In this document: in pieces, positions 1-8,062 of the stretch | How the letters are laid out: every line of letters begins with the position of its first letter | Numbering within the stretch: position 1 is the first letter of the stretch | Source of the DNA: Dehalococcoidia bacterium | Lineage (GTDB): Bacteria; Chloroflexota; Dehalococcoidia; Lucifugimonadales; JADFKI01 | DNA: 64,000 nucleotides | Direction: 5' to 3' | Assembly: GCA_965242555.1 (NCBI GenBank) | Contig: CBDESO010000003.1 | Location: forward strand, 251,385-315,384 | Notes under the pieces: model-generated | Database searches by the model: none | What the model was told of the DNA's origin: nothing | What the model saw: the letters and a program-made list of their open reading frames with translations, nothing else | Position numbers and translations under genes: made by a program

Positions 1-1
1 C

Positions 2-1492
2 GAACCCGCAAGCTCGCCCGTAGCTCAGCCAACCCAGCAGCCGCGCCCCACCGCGCAGCCCCAGCCCACCGAACCCCCGCGCCGGCAAAGCGGCGGAGGC
101 GGGAGCGGCGGCAACAACAATAACAACAACAACGATGACGACAACGATCCCACGCGCACGCCCGTGCCGACCTTCACATCCACCGCCGTGCCGGCGCCCA
201 CATTCACGCCGGCGCCCACCCCCACGATAACCCAAACGCCGTCCATCACGCCGACGCCATCCATCACGCCCACGCCTACGCGAACCAGCGTGTCCATTCC
301 CACGCGCACGCCTACGCGCGTAACCGGCCCGACTCGCCCCGCGCCCACGCCTACGCAGGTCACCCGGCCGCGCCCGGTCGCCACGCCCACGACGACGGGA
401 ACGCCTACCCCGACGCCCACGCAGGTTACTCAGCCGCCGCGCCCCGGCGCCACGGCAACGCCCACGCCTACCCCCACGATAACGGCCACGATTACGCACA
501 CGGCCACGATAACGCCTACGCCCACATACTCGCCGACGGCGACCTACACGCCTACGCCTACCTATACGCCCACGCCTACATACACGGCTACGGCGACGCA
601 GACGCTCACGCCCACCGCCACGCTCACGGCGACCAACACGCCGATTACGCACACGCCCACCCCCATAACTCACACGCCCACGCAGACGGCTACGGGAACC
701 CCCACGCCTACCGCAACGCAGACATTCACGCCAACCCCCACGCAGACGTTCACTCCGACGCCTACGCAGACATTCACGCCCACGCCCACGCAAACCTACA
801 CGGCTACGGCTACGCAAACGTTCACCCCGACGGCAACGCAGACGCTTACCCCGACGCCTACTCCGACGGCGACGCAGACGCTCACGCCCACTATCACGTC
901 GACGCAAACGCTCACGCCCACAATTACGCCCACGCCCACTCTGACGGCAACGGCAACGCAAACGCTCACGCCTACAATCACGCCCACGCCTACGATAACG
1001 CGGACGCCCACAATCACGGCTACGCCCACGCAGACGGCTACGCCCACGATTACGCCGACGGCCACCGCCACGGAGCCGCCCGTAGTTACTTGGTCGGCAA
1101 CGATAACTTCCCAGCACGGCTCCGGCTTCCTGACCGGCTACGCCGACTACGAAGAAAGCGGCGGAACTGTACAGCGATACGGCAGCATAACCGACGACGA
1201 TTTCCAGTATGGTGGAACAGAATTCACCATCCGATACCTCGTGTACAACACGGATCTAAGAACTCTGTTCCTTGAGTTGGATAGGTGCCTGCCGCCGTCC
1301 GACTTAGTCAAACTGACACTGGACCGCCCAGGCAGCTCTGACTGGGAAGATTCCAGCCCATCGTCGACCGATTTCAACGATGCCGGTTGCGCTGAGGATC
1401 GATTTGAGATTCAGGCATTCGTGTACAGCAACGTCTTTCCCAACCCGTTGCCCATCGGCTCGCAGGTCGAGGTTACGATAACATTCCGCTAA
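2..1492 (+). CDS. Thr/Pro-rich repeat (PT-linker) protein, 5-prime truncated by the window edge, with an ~135-aa unique C-terminal domain
   Basis: The frame of ORF 164..1492 stays open back to nt 2, so the gene starts upstream of the window. About 300 aa of TPTxT/TQTxT repeats are followed by a non-repetitive C-terminus ([16 protein letters not shown]...VEVTITFR). Confidence 0.6.
   Translation, partial: EPASSPVAQPTQQPRPTAQPQPTEPPRRQSGGGGSGGNNNNNNNDDDNDPTRTPVPTFTSTAVPAPTFTPAPTPTITQTPSITPTPSITPTPTRTSVSIPTRTPTRVTGPTRPAPTPTQVTRPRPVATPTTTGTPTPTPTQVTQPPRPGATATPTPTPTITATITHTATITPTPTYSPTATYTPTPTYTPTPTYTATATQTLTPTATLTATNTPITHTPTPITHTPTQTATGTPTPTATQTFTPTPTQTFTPTPTQTFTPTPTQTYTATATQTFTPTATQTLTPTPTPTATQTLTPTITSTQTLTPTITPTPTLTATATQTLTPTITPTPTITRTPTITATPTQTATPTITPTATATEPPVVTWSATITSQHGSGFLTGYADYEESGGTVQRYGSITDDDFQYGGTEFTIRYLVYNTDLRTLFLELDRCLPPSDLVKLTLDRPGSSDWEDSSPSSTDFNDAGCAEDRFEIQAFVYSNVFPNPLPIGSQVEVTITFR
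420..1075 (+). repeat. Imperfect tandem coding repeats (ACN-CCN-ACN; ~24-nt period, clearest at 700-800)
   Basis: Direct reading: acgcagacattcacgccaaccccc / acgcagacgttcactccgacgcct / acgcagacattcacgcccacgccc and similar. Confidence 0.7.
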
Positions 1493-1711
1493 TCGCGCGC
1501 CGCCCTGTATCGCATGCGGCTGCGCGCGGACGGGGCGGGTTGCGGCGCATGCGCGCTGACGGGTTGGGCTTGCCCAGCGCCCAAAGCCGCCTCGCCTCGC
1601 AAGCCCAACGGCCGCCGCCGCATCGTCCGCCGTTGCGCCGGCTTGGCGCGCGGGGGCATTGCCTTAGGCAAACGCTCGCGCGCCGCGCCGCCCATCCGCA
1701 TCCGAGCGCCC

Positions 1712-1740
1712 TTGCGCGCCCCGCCAACTTCGCCTATAGT
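1712..1740 (+). promoter_or_regulatory. Sigma70-like promoter of mini-gene 1 (TTGCGC-17 nt-TATAGT)
   Basis: TTGCGC 1712-1717, 17-nt spacer, TATAGT 1735-1740, 34 nt before ATG 1774. The same module recurs before two paralogs. Confidence 0.45.
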
Positions 1741-1773
1741 CTAATGGCATCAGAGGTGTTAGGGGGCAAGATA

Positions 1774-1959
1774 ATGGCAACTATGACTGATCCAATCACA
1801 GAGCGGATGGCGAGACTGGAAGGCGCCTATGAGCATCTGGCCACGAAAGCGGATTTGGCTCAGATGGAAACGCGCATGACCTGGCGTCTGATAGGCGCTA
1901 TGATGGGGATGTCGGGCATTGTCATAACGGCGGTGGCGCTTATCGTGCGGTTCTTGTAG
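1774..1959 (+). CDS. Small tail-anchored coiled-coil protein, paralog 1 (61 aa)
   Basis: Internal ATG of ORF 1540..1959. MATMTDPITERMARLEGAYEHLATKADLAQMETRMTWRLIGAMMGMSGIVITAVALIVRFL has a conserved N-box, one heptad and a C-terminal hydrophobic helix. Confidence 0.7.
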   Translation: MATMTDPITERMARLEGAYEHLATKADLAQMETRMTWRLIGAMMGMSGIVITAVALIVRFL

Positions 1960-2046
1960 CGGCCGGGCAAGTCAGTGGGGCGCGTCTGAGCGCCCTTGTT
2001 CCCCGCCAACTTCGCGCCCATCCTTGTGATTTCGTAGGATAAGCAA

Positions 2047-2241
2047 ATGGCAACTACGCCTGCCCCAATCACAGAGCGAAAGGCCCGCATGGGAGGCGCG
2101 TATGAGCATCTAGCTACCCAGGCGGATTTGGCGCATCTAGAGGCGCGCATGGCAGAGATGGAAACGCGCATGACTTGGCGTCTGATAGGCGCGTCAGGCG
2201 CGATAATAGCGGCGGTGGCGCTTATCCAAAGGTTCCTCTAG
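2047..2241 (+). CDS. Small tail-anchored coiled-coil protein, paralog 2 (64 aa)
   Basis: ORF track. Same architecture (APITERKARMGGAYEHLATQADL ... TWRLIGASGAIIAAVALIQRFL). Confidence 0.7.
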   Translation: MATTPAPITERKARMGGAYEHLATQADLAHLEARMAEMETRMTWRLIGASGAIIAAVALIQRFL

Positions 2242-2282
2242 TTCCCGCATCGGCGAGAACCGCCGTCGTCGGGGGATAAAAA

Positions 2283-2489
2283 ATGTCAACCACGACTGCC
2301 CCAATCACAGAGCGGATGGCGCGCTTGGAAGGCGCACACGAGCGTCTGGCGACAAAGGCGGACTTGGTACAGCTAGAGCTCCGCCTGACGCAGCAAATGG
2401 CGCGGATGGAATCGCGGCTGACTTGGCGCATGATAGGCGCCGCTGGCGTAATCATAGCGGCAGTGGGGCTTATCGTGCGGTTCTTGTAG
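2283..2489 (+). CDS. Small tail-anchored coiled-coil protein, paralog 3 (68 aa)
   Basis: ORF track: MSTTTAPITERMARLEGAHERLATKADL ... TWRMIGAAGVIIAAVGLIVRFL. GGGGGA precedes the ATG. Confidence 0.7.
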   Translation: MSTTTAPITERMARLEGAHERLATKADLVQLELRLTQQMARMESRLTWRMIGAAGVIIAAVGLIVRFL

Positions 2490-2513
2490 CGGCCGGCACA
2501 AGGGTTTGCGCCC

Positions 2514-2542
2514 TTGCGCCTCCCGTGAATTTCGCATATAGT
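2514..2542 (+). promoter_or_regulatory. Sigma70-like promoter of mini-gene 4 (TTGCGC-17-TATAGT)
   Basis: TTGCGC 2514-2519, TATAGT 2537-2542. Paralogous to 1712-1740 and 3058-3086. Confidence 0.45.
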
Positions 2543-2576
2543 CTAATATGTTATGAAGTGTTAGGGAGGCGAGATA

Positions 2577-2753
2577 ATGGCAACTATGACTGACCCACCA
2601 ATCACAGAGCGAATGGCGCGGCTGGAAGGCGCGTATGAGCATCTCGCCACGAAAGCGGACTTGGCGCAAATGGAAACGCGAATGACTTGGCGTCTGATAG
2701 GCGCGTCAGGCGCGATAATAGCGGCGGTGGCGCTCATCCAAAGGTTCCTCTAG
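2577..2753 (+). CDS. Small tail-anchored coiled-coil protein, paralog 4 (58 aa; below the ORF-track length cut-off)
   Basis: Hand translation from ATG 2577 to TAG 2751-2753 gives MATMTDPPITERMARLEGAYEHLATKADLAQMETRMTWRLIGASGAIIAAVALIQRFL. GGGAGG lies upstream. Confidence 0.7.
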   Translation: MATMTDPPITERMARLEGAYEHLATKADLAQMETRMTWRLIGASGAIIAAVALIQRFL

Positions 2754-2794
2754 TTCCCGCGTCGGAGAGAACCTCCGTCGTCGGGGGATAAAAA

Positions 2795-3022
2795 ATGTCA
2801 ACCACGACTGCCCCAATCACCGAGCCAATGGCGCGCTTGGAAGGCGCGTATGAGCGTCTGGCGACAAAGGCGGACTTGGTAGAACTAGAGCTCCGCCTAA
2901 CGCAGCAAATGGCGCAGATGGAATCGCGTATGGCGCAGCTAGAAACGCGCATGACTTGGCGTCTGATAGGCGCGTCAGGTGCGATAGTAGCGGCGGTGGC
3001 GCTTATTGTGCGGTTCTTGTAG
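2795..3022 (+). CDS. Small tail-anchored coiled-coil protein, paralog 5 (75 aa)
   Basis: ORF track. Same N-box and C-terminal helix, with extra heptads (LELRLTQQMAQMESRMAQLETRMT). Confidence 0.7.
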   Translation: MSTTTAPITEPMARLEGAYERLATKADLVELELRLTQQMAQMESRMAQLETRMTWRLIGASGAIVAAVALIVRFL

Positions 3023-3057
3023 CGGCCGGCAAGTCAATGGTTCGCATCCGAGCGCCC

Positions 3058-3086
3058 TTGCGCCCTACGCCAACTTCGCCTATAGT
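3058..3086 (+). promoter_or_regulatory. Sigma70-like promoter of mini-gene 6 (TTGCGC-17-TATAGT)
   Basis: TTGCGC 3058-3063, TATAGT 3081-3086. Confidence 0.45.
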
Positions 3087-3128
3087 CTAATGGTATCAGA
3101 GATTTTAGAGGTGTTAGAGGGCAAGAAA

Positions 3129-3347
3129 ATGGCAACTATGACCGACCCGCCAATCACAGAGCGCATGGCGCGATTGGAAGGCGCGTATGAGCATCTGGCG
3201 ACCAAAGCGGATGTGGCGCAGATAGAAACGCGCGTGGCGCAGATGGAAACCCGAATGGCGCAGATGGAAACGCGCATGACTTGGCGTCTGATAGGCGCGT
3301 CAGGCGCGATAATAGCGGCGGTGGCGCTCATCCAAAGGTTCCTCTAG
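3129..3347 (+). CDS. Small tail-anchored coiled-coil protein, paralog 6 (72 aa)
   Basis: Internal ATG of ORF 3006..3347. Three heptads (QIETRVA QMETRMA QMETRMT) precede TWRLIGASGAIIAAVALIQRFL. Confidence 0.7.
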   Translation: MATMTDPPITERMARLEGAYEHLATKADVAQIETRVAQMETRMAQMETRMTWRLIGASGAIIAAVALIQRFL

Positions 3348-3392
3348 TTCCCGCATCGGCGAGAACCGCCGTTGCGGGCGGGCTGAGGCGGG

Positions 3393-4160
3393 CTAGGTCT
3401 GTGCGCGGATGCGGGCGAGTTCGGCCTCCAGCTCCCTATTGCGCTCCTCAGCGGCAGCGGCGCGAGCAAGCGCGGCGTCACGCTCCCGCTCCGCTTCAAG
3501 AATCCCTATCCTGTACTCGCCGGTCTCGGGGTCTTGCGTAATGAACCGCTCGCCGCCGCCATCCCACATCAGGTTTATGCCCAGCGCCCTGCTATGCCCC
3601 CAGAATATCCCGTCAGGCTCCGCGCGCATCTCATACCGCCGGTATTCCCCGTCTGCCAGATACTCCCCCACCAACGGCTCGCCGTAAAGCGCACCGCCCG
3701 TCGGGTCAAGCCGCCAGTATTCGCCTATCCCAAGCGAGGCATAGCGGTCGCGCTTATCGGTCAGGTCATTATCCTTCGTGTGATTGGACGCCACCTCCAT
3801 CACCACATCGGGCGGCTTGCCCACTTCCCACATCAGATAGCCGTTCCTGCTCCTTATTTCCTCAACATTGACATCGAATGCAACTATGAGGTCGGGGATG
3901 AGCTTGATGTTCTTATCCGCGCGGTCCCAAGCGAGATAGCCGTCGCCCGACACCAGCACATCGGGCCTGTTGCGGAAGTGCGCGCGAACCAAATATCGGA
4001 TGTCGGTATTAGCGAATTCCTGCTGCATTGCGTCCTCAATCGGCTCGGGGTCGGGGATAAAGCTCCAGTCCGGATAGTCCTGCTCCGGCGCGACCAACCC
4101 CCGCTCCGGCGCGACCACGCCGTTGACATGCGCCCCGACGTCTATCTTGGCAGTAGTCAT
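3393..4160 (-). CDS. Uma2-family (DUF820) PD-(D/E)XK restriction-endonuclease-like protein with C-terminal coiled-coil tail
   Basis: PDLIVAF...GKPPDVVMEVASNHTKDNDLTDKRDRYASLGIGEYWRLDPTGG is the typical Uma2 core. The tail is LEAERERDAALARAAAAEERNRELEAELARIRAQT. AGGGAG lies before the ATG. Confidence 0.8.
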   Translation of the reverse strand: MTTAKIDVGAHVNGVVAPERGLVAPEQDYPDWSFIPDPEPIEDAMQQEFANTDIRYLVRAHFRNRPDVLVSGDGYLAWDRADKNIKLIPDLIVAFDVNVEEIRSRNGYLMWEVGKPPDVVMEVASNHTKDNDLTDKRDRYASLGIGEYWRLDPTGGALYGEPLVGEYLADGEYRRYEMRAEPDGIFWGHSRALGINLMWDGGGERFITQDPETGEYRIGILEAERERDAALARAAAAEERNRELEAELARIRAQT

Positions 4161-4236
4161 AGTTCGCTCCCTGTGATGATTGCGTTTCGCGCTACGCTTG
4201 TTAGCATACCATCAAATCGCCGGTTAGGGCAGGGCG

Positions 4237-5153
4237 CTATCGCCGCTGATCGCGCAGACGGGCAATCTCAGCCTTAAGCCCCCTTGCGCGCGCCTCTTCG
4301 TCCTCGCGTTCTTGCCGATACTTGGCTATCTCCGCCTCGGCGGCCGCGATACGCGCCTCTGCAACCTTGCGTTCTTGCCGATACTTGGCCGTCTCCGCCT
4401 CAATCGCCCTTGTCTCCGCCCTAAACGCCTCGCGCTCCCGTATCGTTTCACGAAGTCCCTTCCAGTATTTGCCGGTCGCAGGGTCTTGCATATTGAACTG
4501 CACCTTATCCCCATCCCATATCAAGTTCACCCCATCACCCCGCTATACCCCCACATCCGCCCATCGGCATCCGCCCGCATCTCACACCGCAGATACTCCC
4601 CGTCCGCCAGATGCTCCCCCGCGAAAGGCTCGCCGTGGAGCGCGCCGTTGGTCACATCAAGCCGCCAGTATTCGCGTATGCCCAGCGCCGCGTAAATATC
4701 CCGCTTGGTCGTCAGATTGGCGTCTTTCGTACTTTCCCGCGCAATCTCTATCACCGCATCCGGCGGCTTGCCCACTTCCCAGACGAGATATGCGTTGCGC
4801 TCTATGATGCGCTTGGGATCGACGCCGAATGCCACCATAAGCGTGGGGACGAGCTTGGCGTATATGTCTGCCGGATCCCACGCGAGATAGCCGCCGCCGC
4901 CCACAAGCGCGTCCGGGCGATTGCGAAAGTGCGCCTCAAGTATCAGATAGACATCGCTTTTGACGGGAAACTGCCGCATCCCGTCCCCAACGGGATTCGG
5001 GTCGGGAACCATTCCCCAACTAGGGTATCCCCGCTCATCCGCCGCCCTTTCCCACTTTTCGCTCCCGGATTCGAACTCCGAGTCCACAAATTCATACTCT
5101 TCGGGATCCTCGCGGTTCGCAATCGCGTATTCACGTATCTTGCCGATAGCCAT
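4237..5153 (-). pseudogene. Uma2-family endonuclease paralog, split by a 1-nt frameshift in a C4/G4 run (4530-4533)
   Basis: ORF 4527..5228 ends ...WGYSGVMG*. ORF 4237..4530 continues (V)NLIWDGDKVQF..., colinear with ...WGHSRALGINLMWDGG... of the intact neighbour. The likely start is MAIGKIREY at 5153. Confidence 0.75.
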
Positions 5154-5497
5154 AAGCCATTCCCCCCTTGACGCTTGCGTTTCGCGCCATATCATTAGCA
5201 TATCCGTATCATACCACCAAACCCCCAATTAACTCAGCGCGGCATTGCCACCCACGCGAAAGTAGCGTTTCTTTTTAGATGATTTAAGAGTTCGGCAAGT
5301 TGCCATCCAAATGATAGCGCAGATAGATACGGCGATCCCATCCAACCATCCGCAATGATTGATGCGCTTGACCACCCGTATGAAAACACCACTCGCCCAA
5401 ACACCCCCCACATCCCCCAACCCTCTTATGCTACAATCTGCTATAATCCCCCCCAACGCTTGATACCTAACCCATCTCACACACAAGGACACCCCCC

Positions 5498-6574
5498 ATG
5501 CAACTCGGCCTATTCCTAATGCCCCTCCACTACCCGCACCGCGCGCACGTCGACACCTACGCGGAAGACCTCGCGCTGATGGCGCATGCCGACGCGCTCG
5601 GCTATTCGGAGGCGTGGATTGGGGAGCATTTCACGCTGCCGTGGGAGAATATGCCCTCGCCGGAGATATTTATCGCGCGGGCGCTGGGCGCTACCGAGCG
5701 GATGCGGTTCGGCACGGGCGTTTCGCTGCTGCACTACCACCATCCGGCGCATGTGGCGCACCGCATTGCGATGCTTGACCATATGTCGCGCGGGCGAGTG
5801 TATCTGGGCATCGGATCGGGCGGGCCGTCCACCGACAGCGAGATGTTCGGACTGGACGCCGATGAGGGCAGCCCGCGCGAGCGCCTGTATGAGGCGATTG
5901 ACCTGATACTCAAAATCTGGCAAGGCGAGCCGTTTGAGTACGACAGCAAGTTCTTCCCCGGCAGGCTGCCGGACGCCGTTCCCGAAAGGCGGCTGGGCTT
6001 TCACATGACGCCCTACCAAAAGCCGCATCCGCCCATCGCGGTGGCGGGCAGCAGCCCGTACTCCGGCACGCTTGAAATCGTGGGCGAGCGCGGCTGGCTG
6101 CCGCTGAGCACCTGCTTTCTGCACGATACATTCCTGCCTAGCCACTGGGAAGTCGTAGCCAAGGGCGCGGCGCGCGGCGGCAAGACGCCCTCCCGCAAGC
6201 AATGGCGCGTCTCGCGCGAAGTGTTCGTGGCGGAGGACGGCGAACAAGCCCGCAAAGACGCGCTGCATACTTTCGGCCGGTTCTTCACCGACTACTGGAT
6301 CCCCCTGCTCGGCAGCGGCAGAGGGCTTGACGGCCTAAAGACGGACGCCGATATGCCCGACGAGGCGCTCACGCCCGAATATATGCTGCAAAACCTGTGG
6401 ATAGTTGGCGACCCCGACGAGGTAACCCACCGCATCCGCAAGCTGCACGACGACGTCGGCGGTTTTGGAACGCTGCTCCTCCTCTGCCACGACTGGGAGC
6501 AAGACCGGGACAAGTGGCTAAACTCGCTAACGCTGATGAGCGAGCGCGTGCTGCCGCAGTTGCAGGATTTGTAG
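5498..6574 (+). CDS. LLM-class (luciferase-like) flavin/F420-dependent oxidoreductase
   Basis: ADALGYSEAWIGEHF, RMRFGTGVSLLHYHHP and GRVYLGIGSGG are typical LLM motifs. Confidence 0.85.
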   Translation: MQLGLFLMPLHYPHRAHVDTYAEDLALMAHADALGYSEAWIGEHFTLPWENMPSPEIFIARALGATERMRFGTGVSLLHYHHPAHVAHRIAMLDHMSRGRVYLGIGSGGPSTDSEMFGLDADEGSPRERLYEAIDLILKIWQGEPFEYDSKFFPGRLPDAVPERRLGFHMTPYQKPHPPIAVAGSSPYSGTLEIVGERGWLPLSTCFLHDTFLPSHWEVVAKGAARGGKTPSRKQWRVSREVFVAEDGEQARKDALHTFGRFFTDYWIPLLGSGRGLDGLKTDADMPDEALTPEYMLQNLWIVGDPDEVTHRIRKLHDDVGGFGTLLLLCHDWEQDRDKWLNSLTLMSERVLPQLQDL

Positions 6575-6835
6575 CATCCCGTCTTGGCAACATCCCGTCT
6601 TGATAGCGTACTGCGTTAGGCGCGTCGGTTGTTGTGCGCCCAGTTGCATCCCGTCCTGATAGCGATAGCGAATTGCCCTAAGCGCGGCGCTCAGTTCACG
6701 GCAAGCGAGCGGCAGTTTGTGTATGACCGTGATTGCCCCAATGTGCCGCTACTCAGTCCCCGCCAGCCGCGCCGCGATTGCCATACGCATCCCGCCCTGT
6801 CAACATCCCGCCTTGATAGCATCCCGCCTCTTAGC
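6574..6835. repeat. Cluster of about six short direct repeats, CATCCCG(Y)C(Y)TGATAGC-like
   Basis: agcatcccgtcttgg, aacatcccgtcttgatagcg, tgcatcccgtcctgatagcg, cgcatcccgccctgtc, aacatcccgccttgatagc and atcccgcctcttagcg lie in a convergent intergenic gap. Confidence 0.5.
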
Positions 6836-6859
6836 GCGTTGCTTGCCCTAGCCCAGCAT

Positions 6860-7696
6860 CTACTCAACCCCCACAAGCCGCGCCGGATTGCGCTTGACCA
6901 GCGTCGCCACCTCATCGCCGCTCATCCCCGCATCCAGCAGCGCCGCGATTGCCATACGCATCCCCTCGGCGGGCGGCGGGTTGACCCACTGCCCGAAATC
7001 GGTGGTTACGATGCAGTTGTCCACGCCCAGATCGCGCAGCGTTGCAACGAGATTGGCCGGCGTTATCGCGCCGCGCGATGGCATGCACGCCAGAAATGTG
7101 TATTCGGGATACGCGCCCAGCGCAATCATCCGCCGCTGCTCGTCAAGCGTGGCTATGCCGCCCGGATGCGTGGCTATCATCCGCGCGACGCCCTGCGCCT
7201 TCGCCGCCGCGAACAGCGCGATAGCCTCGCGCGGCGATATATGGCCGGACGCCAGCGTCATATCGTTGGCGGCGATAATCTCTAACACTTCGCCAACGCC
7301 CGCGCACAGATTGCCGTCATCGTCCGCCACGCGCAGGCCGCCGCCCGCGCCGCCCTGCAAGCGCATCCAGAAATCCGCCGTGAACGTGGGCATCCAAACC
7401 ACCTGCGCGCCAAGCCCCGCGGCGACTTCTACGGCTGCGGGGTTCACGCCGCCCACCGCGCGATTGAGCGCTATCGCCCCGAACACGCGCAAGCCCGGAT
7501 ACATCCGGTTCAGCGCGTATGTCAGCGGCGCGGTATTGTAGTCATGCGACTTCAAAACAAACCCGCCCATCTCAGCCTCATACGCGCATCGCGCCGCTTC
7601 CATCGCGTCCATCCGCCGCGCCGCGTTGCCATCCGGCGCCGCGTGAACATGCAGGTCATAGCATCCCCGCAGCAGCTCATCCACCTGAGAATTCAT
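6860..7696 (-). CDS. Metal-dependent hydrolase, amidohydrolase/TIM-barrel-like (DUF6282-like)
   Basis: N-terminal CYDLHVHAAPD (HxH metal motif), followed by GGFVLKSHD and a later THPGG. The family name is from recollection. Confidence 0.55.
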   Translation of the reverse strand: MNSQVDELLRGCYDLHVHAAPDGNAARRMDAMEAARCAYEAEMGGFVLKSHDYNTAPLTYALNRMYPGLRVFGAIALNRAVGGVNPAAVEVAAGLGAQVVWMPTFTADFWMRLQGGAGGGLRVADDDGNLCAGVGEVLEIIAANDMTLASGHISPREAIALFAAAKAQGVARMIATHPGGIATLDEQRRMIALGAYPEYTFLACMPSRGAITPANLVATLRDLGVDNCIVTTDFGQWVNPPPAEGMRMAIAALLDAGMSGDEVATLVKRNPARLVGVE

Positions 7697-7768
7697 AGCA
7701 TCCCCGCCTATTCATATCTTGGAATTGCAACCCTAACCGCCACTCTTAACAGAGTATCTCATCTGCAT

Positions 7769-7801
7769 CCAAAAGTTTGCATGCCTTTTCCAAAAAGCGG
7801 C
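7769..7801 (-). repeat. Intergenic hairpin element (family copy 1)
   Basis: Reverse complement GCCGCTTTTTGGAAAAGGCATGCAAACTTTTGG. Confidence 0.5.
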
Positions 7802-8062
7802 GTCCCCCCGCTTGCCATTGCAAAATCCAACCGCCGCGCGAAACCCGTCTATCAACAAGTGTACACTAATCGCCCAAACAATACGCGATGCGCCGCCCGC
7901 CGCAATATGCTACTATGCAGATTGCCGCGCGCCATCCCGCATAGAGAACGGCGATAGCGGCGATGCGGCTGCTAAGATGGCAACGCAGGCGCAACGCCCG
8001 GCGTCAAGCGAAAAGGGCTAGTCGGCGCGTCAGCCGGCATATTATAAGGAGGAAAATCCCAT

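Noticed and set aside
25-420. 131-aa minus-strand ORF (GVGVGV-rich), and 796..1071 (-).
   Set aside because: This is the mirror image of the Thr/Pro codon repeats on the + strand (ACN/CCN read as NGT/NGG). It has no start context.
164-1075. PT-repeat regions (also 57830-58350) as DGR variable regions or contingency loci.
   Set aside because: No reverse transcriptase and no template/variable repeat pair with A-specific differences was found. The repeats look like ordinary low-complexity linkers.
1514-1773. ORFs 1514..1744, the N-terminal extension of 1540..1959, and the minus-strand ORFs in the very GC-rich stretch 1493-1700.
   Set aside because: The translations are Arg/Ala/Pro-rich. The conserved mini-protein starts at ATG 1774 behind its own promoter module, as in the paralogs.
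5229-5492. 87-aa minus-strand ORF in the AT-richer gap upstream of the LLM gene.
   Set aside because: It has no RBS, an odd Cys/Trp-rich composition and no motif. The region more likely holds the promoter of 5498..6574.
5516-6268. Long antisense ORF (250 aa) inside the LLM oxidoreductase gene. Similar cases: 12858..13703, 28582..29757, 32672..33778, 34039..35385, 38114..39583, 44013..45122, 50289..50975 and 60890..61981.
   Set aside because: These are typical high-GC shadow ORFs. Their translations are Arg/Pro/Ala/His-rich low-complexity strings without motifs, whereas the opposite strand encodes recognisable proteins.
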